A DNA stretch of 64,000 nt from Gammaproteobacteria bacterium (GCA_965277715.1 OZ255836.1:2400001-2464000); one strand, 5' to 3'; counted from the first letter of the stretch, positions 10,403 through 20,909 are shown. The notes: generated by a model from the sequence alone, not told the origin. Numbers and translations: made by a program.

Positions 10403-11410
10403 TTACATAATTAAACCGGCGTGTAATACAGAAATTCCACTCCCTGATAGTGCAATGTATACCATATCTCCACTAGACAGATTTCGTTTTACCTCAGCTA
10501 AGGATAGGTTAACAGGTAACGTAGCTGAAGTAATATTTCCCAATCTCGGGTATGTGCATGTCATTTTCTTATCAACAATGTCAAATTGCTCAGACAGGAT
10601 TTTAAATGCCTTGCTACCAACTTGGTGTGTCACCATACAATCGATACTTTCACTTTCCCAATCAAGGCTGCTGATAGTTTGCTTATAAAGCTTTTTATGT
10701 AGATCAATAGTCAAGGAGCAAATGCGATTCATTATCATTTGCCCATCAACACCACTTTCGCACATTTTGTAGTAACAGAGATCAGCGTGTCTTCCCAAGG
10801 ATGTGGAACTAAATTTTATAAACCCTGCGCCATTGAATTTAGACCCCATCAACACCGCACCTCCAGCATCTCCGACACTTAGCATACCAACTTTGCGTTT
10901 GAAGGTATATTTACAGCGACACTCCCGCATTTGCCTAATAACTGCCTTACTAACCACACTCGGACGCTCTCCCGTGCATACCAAAGCATATCGCACCGAG
11001 CCGTTGGCGATCATATCATTAGCTATCTGCATCCCTGTAGCAAAGCCCAGGCAAGCGTTCGAGACATCGAAGCATATCCCCTTCAACCCAAGTTTGTGTT
11101 GAATGTAGTGAGCGGTTGACGGTTCTGCGTAGTCTCCCTCGATCCCACAGAATATTATCAGATCGATATAATCAGGGTTGACTCCTGAGTCGTGCAGCGC
11201 CATTTCGCTGGCAGCGATCGCCAGATCGCTCGGTTTTTCATCACTGGCTGAATGGCGCATTTCCAAAATGCCCATTGTGTTCTCTACTATATTGTTTTCC
11301 AGGCCGAAACGGTGAGCGCCGATCTCCTCCACCATCTCTTTCGGTCTAACGCGGGTTTCAGGCAGATATTTGCCGACAGATACGATTCTTGATGACCCAA
11401 GTTGTTGCAT
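10403..11410 (-). CDS. 3-oxoacyl-ACP synthase III / OleA-like thiolase-fold condensing enzyme
   Basis: EPSTA, FDVSNACLGF (catalytic Cys), THQVG, GNITSAT; start taken at MQQLGSS. Confidence 0.85.
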   Translation of the reverse strand: MQQLGSSRIVSVGKYLPETRVRPKEMVEEIGAHRFGLENNIVENTMGILEMRHSASDEKPSDLAIAASEMALHDSGVNPDYIDLIIFCGIEGDYAEPSTAHYIQHKLGLKGICFDVSNACLGFATGMQIANDMIANGSVRYALVCTGERPSVVSKAVIRQMRECRCKYTFKRKVGMLSVGDAGGAVLMGSKFNGAGFIKFSSTSLGRHADLCYYKMCESGVDGQMIMNRICSLTIDLHKKLYKQTISSLDWESESIDCMVTHQVGSKAFKILSEQFDIVDKKMTCTYPRLGNITSATLPVNLSLAEVKRNLSSGDMVYIALSGSGISVLHAGLIM

Positions 11411-11761
11411 TTTTACACCTCTTTCACTTTTGCAATTGATATGAAATACCGATTGCACTCCTGAAATTTGGTAAACACCAGTCATTTCGTCTCTGAAATC
11501 GCTACTAACAGGGTAAGGATGATCAGTGCATGCGTGCGAGAATAAAAATAGCAAGAGGAGAAAGGGCATCTGCCCTTTTAGGTCTTAAGCCGTTGCCTTT
11601 CGTTGGAAGGAAAAGCCGACTCAAAAACGGGGTTATACGATTTTCTACCGATGCCTATCCGGTGGCACATCGGCGTTATATCGGTATTGGAGGATGGGTG
11701 GGGCCGGTATTTCCGCCCATCCAGGGGCCTTGGAGCCTGCTACAGGTGAAGCTGAAATGCG

Positions 11762-11824
11762 GGTAAAAGCGCTTTAGATTCAGCGCATTAGGTGGTCGCA
11801 GTAGATTCAACTGCGGAATTTAGG
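11762..11824 (-). repeat. Right inverted repeat (...CGCAGTAGATTCAACTGCGGAATTTAGG)
   Basis: Reverse complement of 2312-2375; followed by TTCA. Confidence 0.75.
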
Positions 11825-11940
11825 TTCAATATAGGTATGGCCTACCTCATTTCTCCGCTCTGGCAGGTAGGAGAATACCGCGAGCTATAGTTCCAGTTGA
11901 TAAATATTGCCTTCGCTATCGCGTGCTTTTATATCGACGA

Positions 11941-13062
11941 TTAAGTGATGTGTTCAAGCTGTTTAACAAGGTACTGGGCAAAGTCGTAGTTGGGTCGCTC
12001 AAGGTGGCAGAGGTGGCCAGGCCGGGCCAGTGGGGCATTGGCACCGCGAAATACCGCCTCGGTGCCACGCCGGTCTTCACGGTTTACTTCATCGAGCAGG
12101 GTTTTTAATGCGACGATGGACTGCTGCGCCGCCGGGTCGTCGACAAATTCTGGGGATAAACCACCGGCAAAGGTCATGTGTACCTGGCCGGTGCCCCGTG
12201 GTTGCAGGCATAGATACCAAAAATACCCCGGTGTCAGTGTGATTAGGTGGCTGGGATAGAGCGCGATCAACGCGGTGGTTTGCCGCCACTCACCCTGTAG
12301 CCGCCGGTTATCCGGGTGGGCATTGCCAATGGTCAGTGAGGCTTCTTTTTTTATCCAATGGATGTTGTAGTGTGGTTCGCCAGGCGGGCAGTCCATATCG
12401 TCGATGTGCGAGTGCCCGCCCACGGTAGCTTTGTGCAGTACCGGCAGGTGGTAGCTCTCCATAAAATTCTCGGCGAGGATTTTCCAGTTGGTGTGCCACA
12501 CGTGTTCTTCACGAAAGGTTTCTGTGTAGTGCTGAACGGCATAGGGACGGATTTTTTCCTCCAGTGTCGCCAGTTGCTCAGCAACCGGCCTGGCGTGCTG
12601 GTTTAGCGTTAGGTAGATCCACCCCTGCCAAACCTCGATACGCAGCTCAGGCAATGTGTAGTCACACGGCTTAAAGGCCGGGCTGTGTTTCATTTGTGGC
12701 CCACCCAGCAATTGCCCTTGCAGGTTGTAGTGCCAGCCGTGGTACGGGCAGACTATTTTTTCACAGTGGCCAACACCCTCCAGCAATACCGACAAGCGGT
12801 GCAAGCACACATTGGAATAGGCGCGTAGGGTGTTGGTGGTGTCGCGCAGCACGACAACCGGCTGATTGGCTATTTGTGCCGTCAGGTAATCACCGGTATT
12901 TGGCACGGTGGATTCACGGCCAACGCACAGCCATTCCCGGGAAAAGATATGTTGTTGTTCGAGTGCGAGAAAGTCCTCGCAGGTATAGACCTCTGGCGGC
13001 ATGGTGCGCGCCTGCTCGAAAGGCAGGGCGCAGCTCGCACGCAGTGTGTGTAAGGCCGACAC
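11941..13062 (-). CDS. Rieske non-heme iron oxygenase alpha subunit
   Basis: NVCLHR...CPYHGW Rieske motif; NWK..ENFMESYHLPVLH iron site; start at GTG 13062 inferred. Confidence 0.9.
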   Translation of the reverse strand: MSALHTLRASCALPFEQARTMPPEVYTCEDFLALEQQHIFSREWLCVGRESTVPNTGDYLTAQIANQPVVVLRDTTNTLRAYSNVCLHRLSVLLEGVGHCEKIVCPYHGWHYNLQGQLLGGPQMKHSPAFKPCDYTLPELRIEVWQGWIYLTLNQHARPVAEQLATLEEKIRPYAVQHYTETFREEHVWHTNWKILAENFMESYHLPVLHKATVGGHSHIDDMDCPPGEPHYNIHWIKKEASLTIGNAHPDNRRLQGEWRQTTALIALYPSHLITLTPGYFWYLCLQPRGTGQVHMTFAGGLSPEFVDDPAAQQSIVALKTLLDEVNREDRRGTEAVFRGANAPLARPGHLCHLERPNYDFAQYLVKQLEHIT

Positions 13063-13076
13063 GGGCGGGGTGCCAA

Positions 13077-13499
13077 CTACCGGGCGGCGTCTGGAATCAT
13101 CGCCGTGGCGTCGACTTCCACCAGCCACTCCGGGCGTGCCAGTTTGGAAATCACCACGCCGGTCGACACCGGAAACACGCCTTTTAACCATTTGCCAATC
13201 ACCCGGTACACCGGTTCACGGTAGATGGGGTCGACGATGTAGATCACCAGCTTGCAGATATGGTTCAGCTCACTGCCCGCCTCTTCCAGCAACAGGGCGA
13301 TATTGGCCATGGCTTTTTCGGTTTGCGCTTCGATATCCCCCACGCCAATATTTTCCCGGGTGTCCAGATCCTGGCCAATCTGCCCGCGCAAGAACACCAT
13401 CGTGCCCCTGGCGACGACTGCCTGGCACAGATCATTGTCCAGATTTTGCTCGGGGTAGGTTTCTTTGGTATTGAATTTTCTGATGCGTTGGTGTGCCAT
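13077..13499 (-). CDS. RidA/YjgF family protein
   Basis: VFLRGQIGQD, QTEKAMANI, PVSTGVV..LARPEWLVEVDA. Confidence 0.88.
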   Translation of the reverse strand: MAHQRIRKFNTKETYPEQNLDNDLCQAVVARGTMVFLRGQIGQDLDTRENIGVGDIEAQTEKAMANIALLLEEAGSELNHICKLVIYIVDPIYREPVYRVIGKWLKGVFPVSTGVVISKLARPEWLVEVDATAMIPDAAR

Positions 13500-13501
13500 G
13501 T

Positions 13502-14953
13502 TTATTTCTGCCCGTACACACTGTCCGATAAATCGGCGGCATTTTTAACAAAATCCAGCGGGCCATCCCAACCAAAATTGCGGTACACCGCTGCCAGGTG
13601 CGCAAACGGGGGCGACTGGGCAAACAGATGGAAGGTCAGGCGGTGCCCGGCGTAGCCGGAGTTGAGCAGGTCGCGGGCAAACGCCAGCAGTTTGCGCCGG
13701 TCTGCGGATTGCCAGCTTTCGTTGATTGAATAGTATTTATCCAGCCATTTACCGGATTCCTCTCCTTCAAAGGAGGCGATGTCCGGGGTGACACAAATTT
13801 GCCCACCGCACAATTCACGGGCCAGGTGCATCATCGCGGGCAGGTTGGAGACGGCGTGCACACGGCCAGTCATCAGCATCGATTGATTCGGCATAAAAAA
13901 CCCACCGGGGCTGGTTTCACCAAGTGCTACAGCAGCGGTTAAGTGTGCATTGATGCCTTCGCGGTAGACGGCGAGCTGGGCGAGCTTTTCCTGCACGGCG
14001 GGTTGTTTTTCCAGGCCGGTTTGTTTGACGTTCCACAAGGCCGCGCCAATCATCATGTCGGCGTAGGTGATTAATCGCTGTACAAAGGGCATCGCCGAAT
14101 AGCGGTGCAGGGTGGTGCGGATAAAGGCGGCGGCGCGGGTGTGTTGGTAAAACAGCACGTCTTCCCACGGAACCAACACATCGTCGAGAATCATAATGGT
14201 GTCTACTTCGTCAAATTTGTTCGACAGCGGGTAATCCGCAGGTGAATTGACGCCGGCAAAACCGCCACGACAAATATGCTTAACGCCGGGGGCATTCATT
14301 TTGACGATACAGCCGAGCGCGTAATCAGAGATTGATGCATCCCCCCAATTGGCAATCGTCGGTTTTAAAAAGCCCTGATTGGAATAGGCGGCGGCTGTTT
14401 CGTATTTGGCACCACGGATAATAATGCCCGCACCGGTTTCCCGCACCACATGGGTGAGCATGTCGGGGTCTTGATCCTGCGGGCGCAGCGAGCGGTCACC
14501 TTTTGGGTCTGTATTGGCCGAGACATGAAACGGGTCATTTTCCACAGCCAGCTTAATGTGTTGGTTGATGTTTTTGGCAAAGCGCGGGTCGATCTCGTTG
14601 AGGATATCGGCACCGTCTGCCAGTGACCACATCTCACCCACGGTTTCATCACCGACACGCGTCACCACGCCGCCAATATCTTTCATCACGGTATCGACGG
14701 ATACGCGCTTATCGTGCCAGTGTTGTTGATTGCGCGGGATGCGGTTGCCGGTGGGAAAGCGCTCTCCCCCCTCTTCAAAGGTCATCACTGCCTGGGTTGC
14801 CGGGTCGTGTTGCATATCGTAGATACGCGCCCGCACGTCAATCAGTGGTTTGAATTTGGGGTGGGTGGTCACGTCATCGACGCGCTGACCATCCATATAC
14901 ACCTCGCGTCCGTCACGTAGGGACTCGCGGTATTCATCGCCGGTTCTAATCAT
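13502..14953 (-). CDS. 4-hydroxyphenylacetate 3-hydroxylase (HpaB/PvcC) family flavin monooxygenase
   Basis: RTGDEYRESLRDGREVY, TDPKGDRS, GIIIRGAK, PLSNKFDEVD, DDVLVPWE. Confidence 0.9.
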   Translation of the reverse strand: MIRTGDEYRESLRDGREVYMDGQRVDDVTTHPKFKPLIDVRARIYDMQHDPATQAVMTFEEGGERFPTGNRIPRNQQHWHDKRVSVDTVMKDIGGVVTRVGDETVGEMWSLADGADILNEIDPRFAKNINQHIKLAVENDPFHVSANTDPKGDRSLRPQDQDPDMLTHVVRETGAGIIIRGAKYETAAAYSNQGFLKPTIANWGDASISDYALGCIVKMNAPGVKHICRGGFAGVNSPADYPLSNKFDEVDTIMILDDVLVPWEDVLFYQHTRAAAFIRTTLHRYSAMPFVQRLITYADMMIGAALWNVKQTGLEKQPAVQEKLAQLAVYREGINAHLTAAVALGETSPGGFFMPNQSMLMTGRVHAVSNLPAMMHLARELCGGQICVTPDIASFEGEESGKWLDKYYSINESWQSADRRKLLAFARDLLNSGYAGHRLTFHLFAQSPPFAHLAAVYRNFGWDGPLDFVKNAADLSDSVYGQK

Positions 14954-15085
14954 ATTGACCTCTATTTTGTTGTTAAAACCCTATTCATTTGGAAGGGTCG
15001 TTCATCGACTGGCAAACCGGGATTTTTCGCTTTCCCAATAGATATGTAAAATAGTATTTTTTGTAATAGTAGATAGATTTTTATT

Positions 15086-15985
15086 ATGTTGTATACATTG
15101 CGTCAATTACAACACCTGGTGGCGATTGCCGACAGTGGCCGTATCTCGGCGGCCGCCAGAGAATTGCACCTTTCCCAACCGGCCCTGTCTGCCTCTTTGC
15201 AACAACTGGAAAGCGCCTGTGGCACCGATCTGTTTGTACGCCACAAGGCACGCGGGGTCAGCCTGACGAACAGCGGTCGCAATCTGGTTGTCGAGGCGCG
15301 TAAATTAATCACGCATGCACTGGAACTGGAAAATTATATCAGCCACCTGGATGACACTATCGATGGGCGTATCGAAATCGGTTGTTTCACCACCCTGGCC
15401 CCCTTGTGGATACCGCGTATGCTGGTGGCGTTGCGCAGCCGCTACCCCACGCTGGAAGTGGGTATTCACGAGGGTGACATCAGAGAATTGCAAGCGGCTA
15501 TCCTGGATGGGCGGATTGAAACGGCCTTGAGTTATGACATTGATATACCCGACAGCCTGCAATCGACGCCGCTGGAAAAAATGGAAACCTATGCGCTGTT
15601 GAGTAAACACCACCCACTGGCCGGGCACAGCCAACTCTCGCTGGCGCAACTGCGCAATGACCCGTTGGTGTTATTGGATTTACCGCATAGCCGCGAGTAT
15701 TTCCAATCGGTATTTGATGCAGTGGGGTTTTCGCCGCTGGTCGCCCATCGTACAGCCAGCTTTGAAATGGTACGGTGTATGGTTGCCAATGGGCATGGGT
15801 ATTCGGTGTTGAACCAAAAACTGGCTACGCCGATCAGTTATGACGGTGGGCAGTTGGTGATGAAGCCACTGACCGATAAATTACCGGCGCTCAATGTGGT
15901 TTTATTGTTTTTGCGTGAGACGCGTTTAACGCGGCGCACGCAGGCGGTGATTACATTTTGTCAGGCGTTTTATTGTGGGCAGTAA
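15086..15985 (+). CDS. LysR family transcriptional regulator
   Basis: TLRQLQHL..ISAAARELHLSQPALS HTH; divergent from the hpaB-like operon. Confidence 0.95.
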   Translation: MLYTLRQLQHLVAIADSGRISAAARELHLSQPALSASLQQLESACGTDLFVRHKARGVSLTNSGRNLVVEARKLITHALELENYISHLDDTIDGRIEIGCFTTLAPLWIPRMLVALRSRYPTLEVGIHEGDIRELQAAILDGRIETALSYDIDIPDSLQSTPLEKMETYALLSKHHPLAGHSQLSLAQLRNDPLVLLDLPHSREYFQSVFDAVGFSPLVAHRTASFEMVRCMVANGHGYSVLNQKLATPISYDGGQLVMKPLTDKLPALNVVLLFLRETRLTRRTQAVITFCQAFYCGQ

Positions 15986-15995
15986 AAATTTCTCA

Positions 15996-16883
15996 TCACA
16001 ACCAATTCACACCAAAAACTCTATTTCTATACTTCCAGGGTGGGGTATCTCGCAACTGCTTTTCTGTATACACCTTTAATAAGGTATCTCCAAATGTTGA
16101 AATGCCTTTCTGAAGCCCTTTTTCATATTGGAAGTGCCACCATTCAGCTCCTAGCCACGTACCACCAGTCAAAAATGATCGTCTTGCGCGAATCCTCTTG
16201 AACCCCTCACGTTCGAACAACCCGGTAACATCAACAAACTTCCCAGTAACTGATTTGGGGGATTTTCTAGAACCGTAGGTAATAGCATCTAATTCCATTT
16301 CTGTTCCACCCTCGGCTTTTACAAATACCCGCCAATAACGATCACCCTCGGAAACGATAATAAATGGATTACTTCTTGTATTCTCCATGCCACTTCCAAC
16401 AAACAAATCTAATGCTAGCCCTGTATAGTGAAATGACGTGGCACTTCTCGACGAGCTAACGTGGGCATTTAACGACCTCCTTGCCCCCGAGCTTGTCAAT
16501 ACGCCTCCTGCCTCGCTCAGCTTTTCACGAACATTTAGATATGCTTTAGCGGCATCTTCCCGTAGAAAGAATCGATCATATCCATCACGGTATTTATCAG
16601 CGGGAACACGCGTCCACTCCATCAACTTGTCATCAGCATTATGAGTGGAAAAGGGAAGTATTTGCTCATCAAGTTCAACTTCCAGCGCTTTTCTCAATGC
16701 CCTTTCGGTGTTTTCACCAACAACGCCATCTGCATATAAGTTGTGATCCTCTTGGAACTCTACCACTGCCTTTTCAGATTTATTACCAAAAATACCGTCT
16801 ATTTTTCCTACCTTATAACCCAACTTGTCAAGTGCTTCTTGTAAACTTTTTACCCGCTCACCTTTACTTCCACTCTTAATCAT
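15996..16883 (-). CDS. Peptidoglycan-binding domain plus M15-type metallopeptidase
   Basis: LQEAL..DGIFG..VVEFQ..DGVVG binding domain; SFHYTGLALD and EWWHFQY zinc motifs. Confidence 0.8.
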   Translation of the reverse strand: MIKSGSKGERVKSLQEALDKLGYKVGKIDGIFGNKSEKAVVEFQEDHNLYADGVVGENTERALRKALEVELDEQILPFSTHNADDKLMEWTRVPADKYRDGYDRFFLREDAAKAYLNVREKLSEAGGVLTSSGARRSLNAHVSSSRSATSFHYTGLALDLFVGSGMENTRSNPFIIVSEGDRYWRVFVKAEGGTEMELDAITYGSRKSPKSVTGKFVDVTGLFEREGFKRIRARRSFLTGGTWLGAEWWHFQYEKGLQKGISTFGDTLLKVYTEKQLRDTPPWKYRNRVFGVNWL

Positions 16884-17708
16884 TACTCATCTCTTGTTTG
16901 ATTTTTGTGTTTGCTAACACCTTTGGAAATGGCACAGCTTTATCGCGCCCACTCACCAAATTTTTTATGAAAACAACCCTACAAAATATTAACTTGCTGT
17001 TAAAACAGCCTTGATTCCGAGAATGTCTTTTTCCTAGGCACTACTTATTCATAACAATTAATATCAGGCCAATTTGCCCTGATAAGTTGATATTATCTGG
17101 AAAATCAGGCAAGCCAAAATTATAAAACTTACCCACACTTATAGGAAAACAGGACAAATCTGTCAACTTCAACAAAGGATAAAAAAACTGCTTAAAAAAA
17201 TTCGTGATCCCATCAAACATTTCCATTACTCTATTTATACCGAGCGTACTCACTGAGGGGTTTCTGCAGCATTTAGCCATAAAAGCCAATGTGGCTGTGG
17301 CCACGCCAAGCCAAGCCAGGCCAGGCATTTAATGCCTCAATTTTTTATATACCCATGTATGGGGCTAAAATCAAAGGCTTAGGCCATCAGGATATTGGTG
17401 AACTGGCCAGCATCAGCTCGACCACATTGATGCGGTTCGTTGTTCACCGCATCCTATGTGCTGCTTAAGGTTATCTTTCCAGGTTTATCTTCCCAGGTTT
17501 ATCTTCCTTGGGTTATTTATTCTATCTGCTTGCCCTACGGTAAAATCGTTCTTACCACTCACATCCCTGCCGCGTATCTGGAAAAATGGCCGCTTGCCGT
17601 AGTCGTGCACTGCGTGTGCCTGTCCCATCGCCTGCCGATCTGCTGTTCGCTTAGGTGATGAGAAGGGCTAGGCATGCGGATTTACTCTTGCAGTTGGATG
17701 TGAAGGAA

Positions 17709-19589
17709 CTAATTATCCTCCAGCTCCCCCCAGCGGGAATACAATAACGGCAGCTGAGCCTCCAGCTCGCTATAACGCTGCTGCACCTTGGCCACTGCCT
17801 CCGCACCCTGTTTATAAAAATCCGCCTGGCTCATTGCCGATTCGAGCATGGACTGCTCATTTTCCAGTTGTTCAATTTTTTCCGGAAGTGCATCCAATTC
17901 ACATTGGTGTTTGTAGCTTCGTTTTTTAGTGGCGGTTTTTTGCTTTGATATTTGCTGTGGCCTTTGTCGTGTTTGGGCCGGTTTAGCCTGGGCAGCAGGT
18001 GCGGCTGTTTTTGCGGCTTGTTGGCGCAGCCAATCGTTATACCCACCCACATAATCCCCCACACAACCGCCACCTTCGAGCACCAGTGTGCTGGTAACAA
18101 TGTTATCGATAAATTCACGGTCGTGGCTAACCAACAACAATGTGCCCTGGTAGTTGAGCAGTTGTTCTTCAAGCAGTTCCAGGGTTTCGATGTCGAGGTC
18201 GTTGGTTGGCTCATCCATCACCAATACATTCGAGGACTGGGTAAATAATTTTGCCAATAACAGCCGGTTTCTCTCCCCACCCGATAACGCTTTAATCGGT
18301 GAGCGCGCCCGCTTTGGTGAGAACAGAAAATCTTGCATATAACTGATAATGTGTTTGGGCTTGCCGTTGATGGTGATGGTTTCAGCGCCACCACCCACAT
18401 TATCCTGCGCTGTTTGATTGGGGTCGAGCTGCGCACGCATTTGATCAAAGTAAGCAAATTCGATGTTGGTACCCAGCTTGACACTGCCCGCATCGGCATC
18501 CAGTTGACCCAATAACAGGTTAATCAGTGTGGTCTTGCCCGCACCGTTTGGCCCGACTATCCCCACTTTATCGCCGCGCAGGATGGTCGTACTAAAATTA
18601 TCGACCAGTGTTTTGCCCGCAATGGCGTAGCAGAGATCGTGTGTTTCGATCACGATTTTGCCGGATTTATTGCCCTGCTGGGCCGTAATAGTTGCAGTGC
18701 CGGTGCGGTCGCGGCGCGCGGCGCGCTGTGCACGCAGTTTTTTCAGGTCACGCACACGGCCTTCGTTGCGGGTGCGGCGCGCTTTAATGCCCTGGCGAAT
18801 CCAGACTTCTTCACGCGCCAGCTTTTTGTCAAACTCGGCCTGGTGTTTTTCTTCAGCGTCGAGTGCGGCTTGTTTTTTAACCAAGAAATTATCGTAATCA
18901 CCGGGCCAACTGGTGACCTTGCCCCGGTCGATTTCCAGAATGCGCGTCGCCAGACGGCGCAGAAAAGCGCGATCATGGGTAATAAACAGCAGAGTGCCAT
19001 TGAAGTCGTGGAGAAATTTCTCCAGCCAATCGATGGCGTCAATATCCAGGTGGTTGGTCGGCTCATCGAGTAACAAAATATCGGGCTGGCCGACCAGCGC
19101 ACGCGCCAACAGCGCACGGCGTTTTAAGCCACCAGAGAGCGTTTCAAAGAGAGTGTTACCATCCAGTTGCAGCCGGGAGAGCACCGTTTCGACCCGCTGT
19201 TCAGCCCCCCAGCCATCCAGCGCATCGATGCGTGATTGCAGCTTATCGAGCTTATCGAGCGATTCGCCGGCTTCGATAACCTGGTAATACGCTTCGAGTA
19301 AATCACCGATTTCACCCAGCGCCGACATGACGATGGCCTTGATTGTGCCGGTCAAATCAGTGGGTACTTCCTGTTCTAACTGCGCCACTTTCAAGCCCTG
19401 GCGCCGACTGATTTCGCCGCTATCTGCTGTGATCGTGCCATTGATCACTCGCAGCAAAGTCGATTTACCCTCGCCATTGCGACCCACCAAGCACACGCGC
19501 TCAGCACTGTCGAGATTTAAACTGACACCATCAAGCAGTGGCGGGCCACCAAAACCAATACCGATATTGTGCAAACGGATGAGTGACAT
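17709..19589 (-). CDS. uup: ABC-F ATPase Uup
   Basis: Two ABC domains (GRNGEGKST, GPNGAGKTT), WIRQGIKARRTRNEGRV linker, C-terminal coiled coil. Confidence 0.95.
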   Translation of the reverse strand: MSLIRLHNIGIGFGGPPLLDGVSLNLDSAERVCLVGRNGEGKSTLLRVINGTITADSGEISRRQGLKVAQLEQEVPTDLTGTIKAIVMSALGEIGDLLEAYYQVIEAGESLDKLDKLQSRIDALDGWGAEQRVETVLSRLQLDGNTLFETLSGGLKRRALLARALVGQPDILLLDEPTNHLDIDAIDWLEKFLHDFNGTLLFITHDRAFLRRLATRILEIDRGKVTSWPGDYDNFLVKKQAALDAEEKHQAEFDKKLAREEVWIRQGIKARRTRNEGRVRDLKKLRAQRAARRDRTGTATITAQQGNKSGKIVIETHDLCYAIAGKTLVDNFSTTILRGDKVGIVGPNGAGKTTLINLLLGQLDADAGSVKLGTNIEFAYFDQMRAQLDPNQTAQDNVGGGAETITINGKPKHIISYMQDFLFSPKRARSPIKALSGGERNRLLLAKLFTQSSNVLVMDEPTNDLDIETLELLEEQLLNYQGTLLLVSHDREFIDNIVTSTLVLEGGGCVGDYVGGYNDWLRQQAAKTAAPAAQAKPAQTRQRPQQISKQKTATKKRSYKHQCELDALPEKIEQLENEQSMLESAMSQADFYKQGAEAVAKVQQRYSELEAQLPLLYSRWGELEDN

Positions 19590-19810
19590 TATCTAACCGT
19601 GGGTAAAAAGGGGCGCTACTGTAGCGGTTGGTATGGCTATTTGTCCACATCACAAATAACGGTTCTAGAACTCATGTATTGACTTGTGTGCAAGTCAATA
19701 CATGAGGCCTGGCAAATAACATCTTGGGCAAATAACCGCCTGGGCTTGCAAAACCTGATTTGCATCACCAATTAGAAGCATCACCGCACAATAACTCTGG
19801 AGTCACTATC

Positions 19811-20509
19811 GTGATCACCCTGCGAAAAAGCAATGAGCGTGGCCAGGCCGACCACGGCTGGCTGCAGGCACAACACACATTTTCATTTTCCGGCTACCAG
19901 GATCCGGCGCATACACACTTCCGGCACTTGCGCGTTATCAACGAAGACCGCATCGCTCCTGGCCAGGGTTTTCCGATGCACTCGCACGAAGACATGGAAA
20001 TTATTACCTACATCATCGACGGCGCCTTGGCACACAAAGACGATATGGGCAATGGAGAAGTATTGCGCCCCGGTGAGATCCAACGAATGAGCGCGGGCAC
20101 GGGTATTAGCCACAGCGAATTCAACCCATCGCAAAAAGATCCTACGCACTTATTACAAATGTGGGTTTTTACCGAAGAAAAAGGCATTGCACCGAGTTAC
20201 CAACAGCAGTCTTTTATCGACCGCCACCAACCCAATACGCTGTGCCTGATCGCTAAAAAAGGCGGACAGGACGGTGTAGTACACATCAATCAGGATATCG
20301 CACTGTACTGCGCTGTGCTCGAAGCGGGTCACACGATTGAACACCCTGTTATGGTAGATAGGCATAGTTGGGTGCAAATAGTGCGAGGGTCGTTAGTACT
20401 GAACGGTGTCACCTTGCAGGCAGGGGATGGTGCGGCGGTGAGTGAAGAACCATTGTTGTCATTTAGCGCTGGTGATGACAGTGAGTTTTTGTTGTTTGAT
20501 TTGGCTTAA
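19811..20509 (+). CDS. Pirin family protein (YhhW-like)
   Basis: RGQADHGWL..HTFSF, LRVINED, HSHEDMEI, MSAGTGISHSEFN. Confidence 0.95.
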   Translation: MITLRKSNERGQADHGWLQAQHTFSFSGYQDPAHTHFRHLRVINEDRIAPGQGFPMHSHEDMEIITYIIDGALAHKDDMGNGEVLRPGEIQRMSAGTGISHSEFNPSQKDPTHLLQMWVFTEEKGIAPSYQQQSFIDRHQPNTLCLIAKKGGQDGVVHINQDIALYCAVLEAGHTIEHPVMVDRHSWVQIVRGSLVLNGVTLQAGDGAAVSEEPLLSFSAGDDSEFLLFDLA

Positions 20510-20576
20510 TGCCATGTGATATCACATATCATTAGCTTATTAAGATCGTATTTACCATCAACTCACCTCCCTTTCC

Positions 20577-20695
20577 ATTCAGATCAAAAAAACAACAGCT
20601 TGTTATTACCATTCTATAAGCCAATAAAAAAACCTCCGGTATACGAGGCTTTAACAAAAAATACTTTGTTTATACTAAATAACTAGCCTGACCCC
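20577..20695. repeat. 119-bp element ending in RAYT-type end motif (copy 1)
   Basis: ATTCAGATC...AAATAACTAGCCTGACCCC; near-identical at 25217, 45867, 48111 and partial at 40149. Confidence 0.85.
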
Positions 20696-20707
20696 TTTTC
20701 TCCGCAG

Positions 20708-20869
20708 TTGTTGAAAAAGGCGTATGTTGATGCCCGTTATTCTGAGCACTATGAAATTACGGCGGAAGAGCTTGAGTGGTTGGCCGAGCGCGTGGTGTGC
20801 TTGCAGGGGATGGTGGAAAGGCTTTGTTTGAGGAAGATTGAGAGTCTCAGCAGTGACCATTTAATTTAG
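20708..20869 (+). pseudogene. C-terminal fragment of a HEPN-domain gene
   Basis: LLKKAYVDARYSEHYEITAEELEWLAERV, homologous to the 28320-28550 ORF; starts right after a TGACCCC linker. Confidence 0.75.
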
Positions 20870-20909
20870 GTAAAAGAATTCGTATAGTGGCCAGGTAGTG
20901 TAGTGGTCA

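Noticed and set aside
11530-11760. Possible riboswitch upstream of the FabH-like gene
   Set aside because: Short hairpins only; no recognisable aptamer consensus
13063-13191. Long N-terminal extension of the Rieske ORF
   Set aside because: Overlaps the RidA gene; GTG 13062 is a more plausible start
17468-17522. Short tandem repeat GGTTTATCTTCC
   Set aside because: Three degenerate adjacent units, no spacers; not CRISPR
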